Positions 9,484 to 21,931 of a stretch of 64,000 bases of DNA are shown one piece after another (position 1 is the stretch's first letter; every line of letters starts with the position of its first letter). This DNA comes from Nitrospirota bacterium (GTDB taxonomy: Bacteria > Nitrospirota > UBA9217), in assembly GCA_963840455.1 (NCBI GenBank), contig CAWIYV010000009.1, positions 160,001-224,000 on the forward strand, in the 5' to 3' direction. The notes below the pieces were generated by a model. The model made no database searches. It was not told the DNA's origin and saw only the letters and a program-made list of their open reading frames with translations. The position numbers and the translations under genes were made by a program.

Positions 9484-10827
9484 TTGAAAAATACAAATAT
9501 GTTTCACATCATCGGATCCAAAAGGTTTCCGATATTCCTTGTTGTTGCATCGCTTGTGTACGGATTTCTATTCTTGCCTGCTGCGTCCACGGCAGCCAGC
9601 CTGGCGGGTAATTCCAACACGTACCTTCAATCCAGGGAGAGTGCTGGCGGTGCGAACCTAATGCCGATCTACGAGTATCTCGATTTCAATGTGCAGAACC
9701 TGGGGAAGGAGTCGATTTCGTTCCACTTCGGCGGCTGGTTGGGTTACGATCTGCAGGATGACTCCTTCGGGAACGACAAGAAGAAAGGCAGTGATCTCCA
9801 GTATGGATACCTTAGCTATCGGACGAAGGAGCATAATGCTGTTGTGAACCTGGGCCGGGTAATGGTCTTTGAAGGCGTCGCCGCGGAGCGGGTGGATGGG
9901 ATCTATGCGAGAACGGACCTGATGAAGGGGTTCGCGATCTCCGCCTTCGGCGGTGCACCGGTGGAGACGAACGACAACGCTCTGGGCAATAGTACGATCT
10001 ACGGCGGCCGCCTCTCCCATCAATATGAAGGCGTTTACACCATCGGACTGTCCTACCTGAATGAGACTAAAGACAACAATGAGACACAGAACCCTCAGAG
10101 CACTGATGATATCTGGCGGCGGGAGGGAGGCATCGACCTCTGGGTTCGGCCTATGAATAAAGTGGAGCTTACCGGTAAGTCCGCGTACAACTTTCAAACG
10201 ACCGGTTGGATGGAACACTCCTACTACCTGATGTTCGGTCCCTTTGACAAGATGCGGGTTAATGCTGAGGCGACGTGGATCAGTTATGAGGACTACTTCG
10301 CGTCTACAACCAGCAGCGCCTTCAAACTGACCCCCGGCGGCCCCCTGGATCCCAAGGAGAAGGTGAGCATCCTGGGACCGGAGGTCTTTTACGCGATCAA
10401 CGAAAACTGGGGCATATCAGCTGATTACAAGTCCTACTCGTACGATATCGCGGGTAGCGCCAGCTATTATGGCGTCAAAGCGACCTTCAGGACGCCGAAA
10501 AGCTACAACGCCGGCATCTCGATCCATAAGATGGACGGGGAGACTGACCGGCTCAAATACGATGAATACCGGCTGTATGCATCAAAAAAGATCGAGAAGA
10601 TCGATGTTGCCATCGATCTTCTCGATGTGAAGTATAAAGAGCCTATTAACGATGTAACAAATGCCTATTCGGCCACGCTGGCCGCAGGCTACGAACTGAC
10701 ACAGAAGCTGAAGCTTGGAGCCGACCTGGAATACTCGAAGAACCCTGATTTCGACAAGGATGTTCGGTTCTTTCTGAAACTCAATTACCGGTTCGATGCT
10801 GAACTGGGGAAGCGCAAGGGGGTATAG
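9484..10827 (+). CDS. Outer-membrane beta-barrel porin of a porin-cytochrome conduit
   Basis: Signal peptide, alternating aromatic beta-strand pattern, terminal strand FFLKLNYRF; directly upstream of multiheme cytochromes. Confidence 0.75.
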   Translation: MKNTNMFHIIGSKRFPIFLVVASLVYGFLFLPAASTAASLAGNSNTYLQSRESAGGANLMPIYEYLDFNVQNLGKESISFHFGGWLGYDLQDDSFGNDKKKGSDLQYGYLSYRTKEHNAVVNLGRVMVFEGVAAERVDGIYARTDLMKGFAISAFGGAPVETNDNALGNSTIYGGRLSHQYEGVYTIGLSYLNETKDNNETQNPQSTDDIWRREGGIDLWVRPMNKVELTGKSAYNFQTTGWMEHSYYLMFGPFDKMRVNAEATWISYEDYFASTTSSAFKLTPGGPLDPKEKVSILGPEVFYAINENWGISADYKSYSYDIAGSASYYGVKATFRTPKSYNAGISIHKMDGETDRLKYDEYRLYASKKIEKIDVAIDLLDVKYKEPINDVTNAYSATLAAGYELTQKLKLGADLEYSKNPDFDKDVRFFLKLNYRFDAELGKRKGV

Positions 10828-10828
10828 C

Positions 10829-11275
10829 ATGAATAACAAGACGAAAATACTGTCGTTCCTCCTGCTCCTGCTGGTATTTGCTCTCGCCCTGCATGTGGCT
10901 AGCAGCACGGCAGGGACAGCCCTGAAACATCCTATGGAGGTGGAAGTGCCGGTCATGTGCAGCCAGTGCCATACTGACTGGCGGGCATCGATGGACCATT
11001 CAGCAGAGTTTGGCGGTCTTCGGCACAAATTTTCCGCGAAGCAGAACAAGCAGACCTGTGATCTTTGCCATGCCGAGTCATTCTGTTCGGATTGCCATGC
11101 GCACAAGGACCAACTAAAGCCGAGCGACAAGTACAAGGATGCCCCGGAACGGGCGCTCCCCCATCGGGGAGATTATATCAACCAACATAAGATCGACGGC
11201 CGGATCAACCCTGCGTCGTGCATGAAATGCCATGGCCGCACGAACAATGAGAGGTGCAAAACATGTCACAGATAG
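10829..11275 (+). CDS. Exported pentaheme c-type cytochrome
   Basis: Signal peptide; CSQCH, CDLCH, CSDCH, CMKCH, CKTCH. Confidence 0.9.
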   Translation: MNNKTKILSFLLLLLVFALALHVASSTAGTALKHPMEVEVPVMCSQCHTDWRASMDHSAEFGGLRHKFSAKQNKQTCDLCHAESFCSDCHAHKDQLKPSDKYKDAPERALPHRGDYINQHKIDGRINPASCMKCHGRTNNERCKTCHR

Positions 11276-12081
11276 TGTCGATAGGAAGGTATGGCTTCCT
11301 GCTGCTCGTCGTTCTGTTGGTCACTATTGGATGCGGAACGCCGAACGATAAGGCCTTTGATTCCGATGCCGGGAAACATTTGTCCGATTGGGTGTATGCG
11401 AAACACCCCGCAGCCAGCCAAGAGGATATCAATTCGTGCATGGAATGTCATGGAAGTGATCTCGCTGGAGGAATGTCGGGTGTGCCCTGCAGCCAGTGCC
11501 ATCTGAACGGATCTCCTCTCACGTTAACGGGGTGCACCTCCTGTCACGGTAAACCACCGACGGGAAACGTTGCTCCGAATCGAATCGGAGCGCATGCGGC
11601 TCATAATGCGTTGCCGAGCGTTACTAATTTATGCAATAGTTGCCACAGCGGCGCGGGCTCCGGCAACGCTAATCACTATAATGGTGCTGTAGACGTGATG
11701 TTCCTGAGTACATACAATGCAAAAAGCGGCGCCGCCGTGCGAAATGCCGACGGAACGTGCTCAAAAGTGAGCTGCCACGGAGGAAAGACGACGCCGGTAT
11801 GGTATTCCGGCGTAATCGACGTGAATACTCAGTGCACCGTGTGTCACGCATATGGCACTGCCGAATATAACAGCTACAGCTCAGGGAGACATGACAGCCA
11901 TGTCAATACATATGGTATCACGTGCACACGGTGCCATGATACTGCAACACTTGCGGTCAACCATTTCACCAGTCTGAACACACCGACAATGGAAGGGCCT
12001 GCATCGGCAACGCTGAATGGTGATTTGAACTATAACGGCATATCGTGCACGCCGTCTTGCCACGTTAATCGAAACTGGTAA
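11263..12081 (+). CDS. Multiheme lipoprotein cytochrome with Geobacter-type CxxxxCH...CxxCH motif (up to 8 hemes)
   Basis: Lipobox-like VTIGC; six CxxCH plus CSKVSCH and CTPSCH. Confidence 0.88.
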   Translation: MSQIVSIGRYGFLLLVVLLVTIGCGTPNDKAFDSDAGKHLSDWVYAKHPAASQEDINSCMECHGSDLAGGMSGVPCSQCHLNGSPLTLTGCTSCHGKPPTGNVAPNRIGAHAAHNALPSVTNLCNSCHSGAGSGNANHYNGAVDVMFLSTYNAKSGAAVRNADGTCSKVSCHGGKTTPVWYSGVIDVNTQCTVCHAYGTAEYNSYSSGRHDSHVNTYGITCTRCHDTATLAVNHFTSLNTPTMEGPASATLNGDLNYNGISCTPSCHVNRNW

Positions 12082-12124
12082 CCATTGCTGCTCTGGGCAT
12101 GCAGTGAACGTATAATAGAAGAAT

Positions 12125-12160
12125 GGAAGGCCCGGAATAATATCCGGGCCTTCCTTATTT
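12125..12160 (+). terminator. Rho-independent terminator
   Basis: GGAAGGCCCGGA/TCCGGGCCTTCC stem then TTATTT. Confidence 0.75.
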
Positions 12161-12321
12161 CCTTAATAATTTTTGGGGTCAATTAGAGATGTGTGGGGGG
12201 TATTTTGTTTTCTATTCTATAGGTAATGGGATCATCAAGAAAACGATGGTATACTATGATTGCCTTGTAAACGACACATAATATGTTGCTGAATCAAACA
12301 GATGCAAGGAGGCAGGTGGAG

Positions 12322-12684
12322 ATGAAAAACAGAATGAAAGTTCTTTCCGTGTTACTGCTGCTCATTATGTTCGTTTTGAACTTAGGTGGCTGTTCCAATC
12401 TCGCTGGTCCTTCGGATGAAGAGGTTATCAAAGCCATTAACGATACTGGACTTTTTTCGGGTGGGGTTGAAAAGTTTACGCTGAAAGCGCCCATAGTAAT
12501 CCTGGATAAAGACCTGCTGAGTCGTGATGGAGCGTGGAAAGTAAAGGTCAAGTTGTCCTATACCTACACGATGGCCGGAGGGCATGAGACAAAACCTACA
12601 GAGAAGATCCAATCATTCAAGATCTCCAAATTAAAGGATAGTTCCGGCAACACGGTTTGGAAGGCGGAAGCCAAGTCGCAATGA
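12322..12684 (+). CDS. Hypothetical lipoprotein
   Basis: AGGAGG upstream; hydrophobic leader with LGGC lipobox. Confidence 0.75.
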   Translation: MKNRMKVLSVLLLLIMFVLNLGGCSNLAGPSDEEVIKAINDTGLFSGGVEKFTLKAPIVILDKDLLSRDGAWKVKVKLSYTYTMAGGHETKPTEKIQSFKISKLKDSSGNTVWKAEAKSQ

Positions 12685-12716
12685 TGCTGGCTACCTGGTC
12701 TCTAGAAGCCAAATTG

Positions 12717-12750
12717 AAGGGGGTTGCGGATATTCCGCAGCCCCTTATTT
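12717..12750 (+). terminator. Hairpin terminator between convergent genes
   Basis: AAGGGGGTTGCGGA/TCCGCAGCCCCTT stem. Confidence 0.6.
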
Positions 12751-12891
12751 AATGGGCTATCAGCTTTATCTAGCTTCTAGCAGTAACTGCTGGATTCCAT
12801 GGGGCAAGGACGTTGAGGTAAGTGGAATGTGGCAATGTCTCAGCTTCGAAACCAGGATCTCGTTAAGCGCCGTCTGCGGACAATGCCGATA

Positions 12892-13479
12892 CTAATCGGC
12901 TTCTGATGATGCGACACGGCCGACGCGACGCTGCTGCGGTTTCAGCGGTGTATTGTCCTGATTCGGAGTCGATGCTCTCGGAGAAGATGCTGTTGCGCTT
13001 GTTTGGTCAGTATCGCGCTTCGATTTATGGCGTCCGGCACTAATCCGTCTCGCGTTCTGATATGCTGTAGCCTGTTCGGGGGACGATCCTATCGGAGGAG
13101 ATGCCGTTGCACTTGCCTGCCCGGAACCGGCTTCGCGCGACTCTGTCCTCCCCTGCATGATGAACATGGTGTAAAGCGCTCCATCCTGCCCTTTGAGGGA
13201 GATGTGGTCATCTGCTACCTTGATGATTCGAGAACCATCAGGGAGTGTTTCATGTATCCGATAAAATAACTGTTCTCCTTTTGCATCCTTGATCACAGCA
13301 CCGATAAATATCTTGCTGATGATCGTACCGACAAGATACGAGTCCGATGGCGTAGGTGTCTGGCATTCACCAGTACGCGGAAGGATGAGAATCGCCGCAA
13401 AAACGACTAATACAATAAAAGCCCAGAAACCTCTCCTCATGATCCAGGGTAAATGATTCCATGCTGACTCTAATTTCAT
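12892..13479 (-). CDS. Membrane-anchored protein with GspC(HR)/PilP-like domain and low-complexity tail
   Basis: N-terminal TM; LVGTI...AVI...YRIHETLPDGSRIIKVADDHISL resembles the T2SS GspC HR domain. Start uncertain (13479 or 13440). Confidence 0.55.
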   Translation of the reverse strand: MKLESAWNHLPWIMRRGFWAFIVLVVFAAILILPRTGECQTPTPSDSYLVGTIISKIFIGAVIKDAKGEQLFYRIHETLPDGSRIIKVADDHISLKGQDGALYTMFIMQGRTESREAGSGQASATASPPIGSSPEQATAYQNARRISAGRHKSKRDTDQTSATASSPRASTPNQDNTPLKPQQRRVGRVASSEAD

Positions 13480-13550
13480 ATTTGTATTATACGACCAGTG
13501 TACACTGCTGTCAATTCGAACGAAAACATGCATAGCCGTCAAGGTGGGAT

Positions 13551-15829
<2,279 letters not shown>

Positions 15830-15961
15830 GCAACCTCCAGAAAGCAACGAAGACAGTAGGTAGTAGACTGTAGACAGGGAATAGCCGAGAAGTTCGAAGC
15901 AGCCACCGGGGTGCTATCCACCGGTCCCTGTATGCTGTCTACCGTATGCCATCTACGGGGT

Positions 15962-16504
15962 CTACAGCTCTTCTACCGTGATCTCCTTGTTCGTGTAGAT
16001 GCAGATATCGCCGGCGATCTGCATGGCCGCTTCCACGGTCTGGCGTGCGCTCAAGGCCGTGTGCGCCGTGAGGGCGCGCGCGGCTGCGAGCGCGTAAGGG
16101 CCGCCGGAGCCGATGGCGGCTATTCCATCCTCGGGCTCGATGACATCTCCGGTCCCCGACAGGATGAACGAGCGCTCGGCATCGGCAACGATCATCAATG
16201 CCTCGAGCCGGCGGAGGACCCTGTCGGTCCGCCAGTCCTTCGCGAGCTCCACCGCGGCGCGGGTGAGGTTGCCGTGGTACTGCTCGAGCTTGGCCTCGAA
16301 CTTCTCGAAGAGCGTGAAGGCATCGGCGGTCGCTCCGGCGAACCCGGCGACGATCCGGTCGTTGTACATCTTGCGGACCTTCCGGGCGTTGTGCTTCATG
16401 ACCGTGCTGCCGACCGTCACCTGCCCGTCGCCGGCGATTGCGGTCTTCCCGTTCCGCCGCACGGCAAGGATTGTTGTTGCGTGCATGGTGCTTTGCTCGC
16501 TCAT
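15962..16504 (-). CDS. hslV: ATP-dependent protease peptidase subunit HslV
   Basis: [27 protein letters not shown]. Confidence 0.97.
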   Translation of the reverse strand: MSEQSTMHATTILAVRRNGKTAIAGDGQVTVGSTVMKHNARKVRKMYNDRIVAGFAGATADAFTLFEKFEAKLEQYHGNLTRAAVELAKDWRTDRVLRRLEALMIVADAERSFILSGTGDVIEPEDGIAAIGSGGPYALAAARALTAHTALSARQTVEAAMQIAGDICIYTNKEITVEEL

Positions 16505-16520
16505 TACTCCTCCACTCCTG

Positions 16521-16614
16521 TTTTACCGCAGAGGTCGCAGAGAGCGCTGAAAAAAAACAGCCTGAAGGATCTGCCGAGGCTCCCTCTGCGTCCTCAGCGT
16601 TCTCTGCGGTGAAA
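16521..16614. repeat. Intergenic inverted repeat with 9-nt periodic arms (ACCGCAGAG family)
   Basis: TTTTACCGCAGAGGTCGCAGAG...CTCTGCGTCCTCAGCGTTCTCTGCGGTGAAA; a related arm lies at 63933-63963. Confidence 0.7.
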
Positions 16615-16621
16615 GATCATG

Positions 16622-17497
16622 CTACTTCTTTTTCGCCCTCGGATGCGCCTTGTCGTAGGTCTCCATCAGCGCATCGAGGTTGACATGCGTGTACCGCTGG
16701 GTGGTGGAGAGGCTGGCGTGGCCGAGGAGCTCCTGGATGGCCCGGAGGTCTGCACCGGACTCCAGCAGGTGTGTCGCAAAGCTGTGCCGGAGCGTGTGCG
16801 GGCTCGCCTTCTGCGAAAGACCCAGCTTTTTCCGATAGTTACCTAAAATACGCTGAACCGTTCGGGCTGTCAAGCGTTTTCCTGATGGACCGGAGAAGAC
16901 CGCACCGTCCTTTGATGCGGACGGTTTCTGTGCACAGTAGGCGTCGATGGCCTCGAGCGCCTTCTCGCCCACGGGCACGATGCGTTCCTTCCGTCCCTTG
17001 CCGCGGATGCGGATGAGGCGGTCCTGACGGTCGATGTCCTCGCGGTCGATCCCAATGAGCTCGCTGGCGCGGACACCGGTGGAGTAGAGGGTCTCGAGCA
17101 TGGCTCGGTCGCGCAGTTCGGACCCTTCCCCATCGCTTGGGGCGTTCATGAGCCGCAGGGCGTCATCCACGGTGAGCACGGCGGGAAGGCGCTTGTCCTG
17201 CTTGGGCGTCGCGATGAGCCGCGCGGGATTGCCCTGCAGAACGCCGGTGCGGTTCAGATACTTGTAGAAGGCGCGGATGGCGGAGAGCTTGCGGGCGAGC
17301 GAGGACTTCCTGATCTTGAGGCCCATGAGCTGGCCGAGGTATCTCCGGAGGTCCTGGTGGCCGATGCCCGCGGGGTCGGCATCATTGACGAAGGCGGCGA
17401 GCTGCTCCAGGTCCGACCGGTAGCTGCGCTCGGTGTGGGGGGACACGTTCTGTTCGTTCCGGAGATGGCGAACAAAGTCGGCGATGTGCTTCCGCAT
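16622..17497 (-). CDS. xerC: Tyrosine recombinase XerC
   Basis: LYSTGVRASEL, GKGRKER, HTLRHSFATHLL, LLGHASLSTTQRY; conserved position between topA and hslV. Confidence 0.92.
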   Translation of the reverse strand: MRKHIADFVRHLRNEQNVSPHTERSYRSDLEQLAAFVNDADPAGIGHQDLRRYLGQLMGLKIRKSSLARKLSAIRAFYKYLNRTGVLQGNPARLIATPKQDKRLPAVLTVDDALRLMNAPSDGEGSELRDRAMLETLYSTGVRASELIGIDREDIDRQDRLIRIRGKGRKERIVPVGEKALEAIDAYCAQKPSASKDGAVFSGPSGKRLTARTVQRILGNYRKKLGLSQKASPHTLRHSFATHLLESGADLRAIQELLGHASLSTTQRYTHVNLDALMETYDKAHPRAKKK

Positions 17498-17652
17498 GCC
17501 GGTACTGTAACGTATCACACAGGGATTTGCAAGGGGAGAAGGGTCTGAACGAGTGCGGAATGCGGAATGCGGCGTTGGACCGGAAGTGCAAGAATGGCTG
17601 GTTCGTCCGTGGAATAGATCATCAATGCCGGACGTCTGACCGCCGTCCCTGA

Positions 17653-19962
17653 TCACAGGTCCGGATCGATCTCCTGACCCGGCCCTTCCGCACCTTGTCC
17701 CGCGGTGACCGGCACTTCCTTGTATCCGCATTCTTTCTTGTAGCAGGCGATGTAGGGGCCGGTCTTCTTGGAGAACTTCTCCGTCAGGAAGGGTGCGCCG
17801 CACTGCGGACAAGCGCGGGGCACAGGCTTGTACCACACGGCGAACTTGCAGTTGGGGTAGTTCGCGCAGGAGTAGAACATCTTGCCGAAGCGGGAGCGCC
17901 GCTCCACGATCATGCCGCCGTCCTCGGGGCAGGCAACGCCGGTGGACATGCCCTGGGTATGGTTGCACTCAGGGTAGCGCGAACAGGCGAGGAACTTGCC
18001 GAAGCGCCCCCGTTTGACCACCATGCCGGAGCCGCACTTGGGGCAGAGCTCGCTGGTGGTCTCTTCAGGCGCAGCCTCGATGCCGCCGCTCTCGGTGCGT
18101 ACGAAGGGCTTGGTGTTCTTGCAGTCAGGATAGCCCGAGCAGGCGAGGAACTGGCCGTTCCTGCCCCACTTGATGATCATGGGCTTGCCGCACTTGTCGC
18201 AATTGATGTCGGTGGGGGTCTGCTCCGCCTTGAAGTCCTTCATCTCGGCCATGGCTGCGGCGAGGTCCTTTGAAAAGGGTTCATAGAAGTCCCGCACGGC
18301 CGTCGCCCACGCCAGCCCGCCTTCCTCGATCTTGTCGAGCTCTTCCTCCATGCGCGCCGTGAAGGCAACGTCCAGGATGTTGGCAAAATGCTGCACCAGC
18401 AGGCCGTTCACGAGCACGCCGAGCTCCGTGGGATGGAACTTGTTCTCCAGCTTGTTCACATAATCCCGGTCCTGTATGGTCGAGATGATCGCGGCATAGG
18501 TGCTCGGCCTGCCGATGCCTTTTTCCTCCAGCGTCTTGACGAGCAGGGCCTCGGAGAACCGCGGCGGCGGCTGGGTGAAATGCTGCTTGGGGTCGAGCTT
18601 GATGAGCGACAGCGCGTCGCCCTCAGTGAGTGGGGGGAGGACCGCCTCGCCGTTGTCGTCGTCGGACGGGGCCTGGTCCTCGGACCGCTCCTCCATATAG
18701 ACCGCCATGAAACCGGGGAATTTCACGACCGAGCCGGAGGCCCGGAAGGTGTAGGCGTTGGCCTTGATGTCCACCGACGTCTGGTCGATGACCGCAGGGT
18801 TCATCTGGCTTGCCACGAAGCGGTTCCAGATGAGCTTGTAGAGCTTGTACTGGTCGGGCTCGAGATACTGCTTGATGGCGTCAGGTTCGCGCAGGACCGA
18901 GGTGGGGCGGATGGCCTCGTGCGCTTCCTGGGCGCTCTTGGCGCTCTTGTAGGCAGGCGGTTCAGCGGGAACGTATTCCTTGCCGTACTTGGAGGCGATC
19001 AGTTCCCGGGCCTCCTGCTGCGCCTCGGCGCCCACGCGGGTCGAGTCGGTACGCATGTAGGTGATGAGTCCGACGGCGCCTTCCGCGCCGAGGTCCACAC
19101 CCTCATAGAGGCCCTGTGCCACGGCCATGGTGCGCCGGGAGGTGAACCCGAGCTTCCGGCCGCCTTCCTGCTGGAGCTTACTCGTCGTGAAGGGGGGGAC
19201 GGGATTGCGGCGGCGCTCCTTTTTCTCGACCCGAGCGACAGAGTACGTTGCGCCCTGGAGGCCGGCGAGGATCTGCTGTACCTCGTCGTTGTTCTTGACC
19301 CGGAGCTTCTCCTCGTCCTTTTTCAGGAGCTTGGCTTCGAACTGCGGCGGGACCTTCCCCTCGAGGAGCGCGGTGAGGGACCAGAATTCCTCGGGTTTGA
19401 AGGCCTTGATCTCCTCTTCGCGCTCGCAGATCAGGCGCAAGGCCACGGACTGGACGCGGCCGGCGGAGAGGCCGCGGCGCACCTTTTTCCAGAGGATGGG
19501 GCTGATCTGGTAGCCCACGAGCCGGTCAAGGATGCGGCGTGCCTGCTGGGCGTCCACCTTGTTGGCGTCGATCTTGCCGGGTTGCTCGATGGCCTTGAGG
19601 ATGGCCTTCTTCGTGATCTCATTGAACAGGACGCGGTAGATTGCTTCGGTCTTGGCGGTCTTGGAGACTACCTCGGCCACGTGGGAGGCGATGGCCTCGC
19701 CCTCGCGGTCCGGGTCGGTCGCGATCAGGATGCGATCGGCCTTCTTGGCGGCTGACTTGAGCTCGTTGACGACCTTGGCCTTGCCTTTGATCTGGATGTA
19801 CTGGGGCGCGAAGTCCTTATCGATGTCCACGCCCAGCTTGCTCTTGGGCAGGTCCATGATGTGCCCGACGGACGCCTTGACCGTGTAGTCCTTGCCGAGG
19901 TACTTGCCGATGGTCTTGGCCTTGGCGGGCGATTCAACGATGACGAGTGATTTCATAGCCAT
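17653..19962 (-). CDS. topA: DNA topoisomerase I with C-terminal zinc ribbons
   Basis: IVESPAKAKTI, DPDREGE, SAGRVQS, ITYMRTDS, GIGRPSTY. Confidence 0.97.
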   Translation of the reverse strand: MAMKSLVIVESPAKAKTIGKYLGKDYTVKASVGHIMDLPKSKLGVDIDKDFAPQYIQIKGKAKVVNELKSAAKKADRILIATDPDREGEAIASHVAEVVSKTAKTEAIYRVLFNEITKKAILKAIEQPGKIDANKVDAQQARRILDRLVGYQISPILWKKVRRGLSAGRVQSVALRLICEREEEIKAFKPEEFWSLTALLEGKVPPQFEAKLLKKDEEKLRVKNNDEVQQILAGLQGATYSVARVEKKERRRNPVPPFTTSKLQQEGGRKLGFTSRRTMAVAQGLYEGVDLGAEGAVGLITYMRTDSTRVGAEAQQEARELIASKYGKEYVPAEPPAYKSAKSAQEAHEAIRPTSVLREPDAIKQYLEPDQYKLYKLIWNRFVASQMNPAVIDQTSVDIKANAYTFRASGSVVKFPGFMAVYMEERSEDQAPSDDDNGEAVLPPLTEGDALSLIKLDPKQHFTQPPPRFSEALLVKTLEEKGIGRPSTYAAIISTIQDRDYVNKLENKFHPTELGVLVNGLLVQHFANILDVAFTARMEEELDKIEEGGLAWATAVRDFYEPFSKDLAAAMAEMKDFKAEQTPTDINCDKCGKPMIIKWGRNGQFLACSGYPDCKNTKPFVRTESGGIEAAPEETTSELCPKCGSGMVVKRGRFGKFLACSRYPECNHTQGMSTGVACPEDGGMIVERRSRFGKMFYSCANYPNCKFAVWYKPVPRACPQCGAPFLTEKFSKKTGPYIACYKKECGYKEVPVTAGQGAEGPGQEIDPDL

Positions 19963-20087
19963 AGTAGGGGGGCCTCTATTGCCGAAGCAGATGCAGGGTT
20001 GTCGTGCGACGAACAGACGCAACGGAGTACCAGTATCTCATTTTTTTCTCCGCGTCTCCCCATCCCCGCGTCTCCGAGCCGGTTGGT

Positions 20088-20561
20088 TTAATTCCACACC
20101 GTGCCCTTGTGGTTCAGCGCCGATGCGAGGATGTCCTCGTATTCCTGCTCGTCGGCGAACAGATCAAGGGCGAGCAGGGATTTCATGTGGGAAAGCTCGA
20201 TCCTTCCGGAGTGGAGCGACAATGCCTTGTCGAGGAGCTCTTCCCGCTGTTCTCCGGAGATGATGCCGAGGTAGGAGAGCTTGGTGATGAACCCGAATGC
20301 CTCAATGGTGAACCGTGAACGCTCCTCGGTGTTCATGGAACGCATAGCGTCCGGCAGGGCAACGGGCCCTTTGCTGGGAAGACGGTCCTCCTCGTTCTGG
20401 GACAGGGTCTGCAGCAGCGTCAGCGCCGCGTCTGCCTCATGCAGGCGGTAGCCGCTGCTCATGAGCGAGTCCATGATCTTCCCCTCGTTGCTGAACAGGT
20501 CCTGTTTCGTCTGCACCTGGTCCGTGATGAGCGAGACCAGATTCATGATGCGTTCGTCCAA
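20088..20561 (-). CDS. smg: Smg / DUF494 family protein
   Basis: Position between dprA and topA; R-x-MNTEERSRF...GFI...LGIIS...REELL pattern; TTG start after GAGG. Confidence 0.8.
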   Translation of the reverse strand: MDERIMNLVSLITDQVQTKQDLFSNEGKIMDSLMSSGYRLHEADAALTLLQTLSQNEEDRLPSKGPVALPDAMRSMNTEERSRFTIEAFGFITKLSYLGIISGEQREELLDKALSLHSGRIELSHMKSLLALDLFADEQEYEDILASALNHKGTVWN

Positions 20562-20657
20562 GAAATTACCTCTTGTTTCACCGCTGAGGCGGGTCGGCCA
20601 CGGAGAAAAAACCAAGCACTCCTCTGTGTCTCCGTGCCTCAGTGGCAGATTATGAAG

Positions 20658-21764
20658 CTAATCGGTTTCCCGTACAAAATACTTCCCGGGCAGTTGTTTT
20701 ACCAGTCCTTTCAGCTCCAGGGTGGTCAGGATGCCGCCGAGCCTGCCCGGCGCGCTGCCGTTCTCGGCCATGATGGCGTCGATATGCTTCGGTTCTGCCG
20801 AGATGGTGTCGAATACCGAGTGCTCCTCGTCGGTCATGGACGGCAGGGGCCGGTTGACTGCTGCCCCCGCGTTCCTTCCTTTATTGAGATCCAGGCCCTG
20901 CAGGACGTCTTCGGCCCTTTCGACGAGCCGGGCGCCCTGTTTGATGAGGCTGTTCGTGCCGCGGCTGGACGGTGAGCTGATGTTTCCCGGCACCGCAAAG
21001 AGCTTCCTCTCCTGTTTGAGCGTGTAGTCCGCCGTGATGAGCGATCCGCTGTCCTCGGCGGCTTCGATGATAACGGTCCCGGCCGAGAGTCCGCTGATGA
21101 TACGGTTGCGTGCCGGGAAATACCCGCTCTCCGGTTTTGTCCCGAAGGGGTTTTCCGTGATCACCGCTCCGGACCGGGCGATCTGTTCCATCAGGCCCTT
21201 GTTCTCCGGCGGGTAGGCCGCGTCGATCCCGCAGCCGAGCACCGCGATGGTCCTGCCTTTTGCGGCGAGTGCCCCCTTGTGGGCCTGGGTGTCGATGCCC
21301 CGCGCCATCCCGCTTACGACCGTGATGCCCTGCGACGCAAGGTCGTAGGCCATTTGCTGCGTCACCGTAAGCCCGTAATGGGTAGGCGTGCGCGTCCCGA
21401 CCAGGGCTACGGCGTTCACGTCCTGCGGCAGCAGTGAACCGCGTATATAAAGGAAGAGAGGCGGGTCCGGCGTGTTCTTCAGCGGTTCCGGAAATGCCGG
21501 GTCATCGGCTGTGATGATGGCCACTGCCGCAGATGCGGCCCTTTCCATTTCTGCCTCAGCCAGCTTCCGCCAGGGGAACGACCGGATCTCGCTTGCGACC
21601 TTCTCGGACAGACCGCCGTTCTCCCGAAGCTCATCAACGGATGCGTCGAGAACGCTGGCAGCGGAGCCGAAATTCCTGACCAACCTGCGAAAGGTGACCC
21701 TGCCCACGCCGGGGATGATGCTCAACCCGATCCAGGTGAAGGTGTGTTCTCTGTCCTGTTGCAT
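20658..21764 (-). CDS. dprA: DNA-processing protein DprA
   Basis: VGTR, VSGMARGID, FPARNRIISGLS, SGSLITA. Confidence 0.96.
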   Translation of the reverse strand: MQQDREHTFTWIGLSIIPGVGRVTFRRLVRNFGSAASVLDASVDELRENGGLSEKVASEIRSFPWRKLAEAEMERAASAAVAIITADDPAFPEPLKNTPDPPLFLYIRGSLLPQDVNAVALVGTRTPTHYGLTVTQQMAYDLASQGITVVSGMARGIDTQAHKGALAAKGRTIAVLGCGIDAAYPPENKGLMEQIARSGAVITENPFGTKPESGYFPARNRIISGLSAGTVIIEAAEDSGSLITADYTLKQERKLFAVPGNISSPSSRGTNSLIKQGARLVERAEDVLQGLDLNKGRNAGAAVNRPLPSMTDEEHSVFDTISAEPKHIDAIMAENGSAPGRLGGILTTLELKGLVKQLPGKYFVRETD

Positions 21765-21931
21765 GATGTATTCAGGAAATTCTGGTCGCTTGAGGCAGGA
21801 ATTATACAGGGTAAGCGACGTTAGTCAAGGATTTTTTTCCGGAACGGCTCCCCGAGCGAAGTGAAAGTGCGCACAATGCGTTGCTTTTGTGAAGGAAAAG
21901 GGGCGGCAGCAGCGGACGATCAGCATTGTGA

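Noticed and set aside
16622-17497. Prophage or island integrase
   Set aside because: Sits in the conserved topA-xerC-hslVU context; no att sites or phage genes seen.
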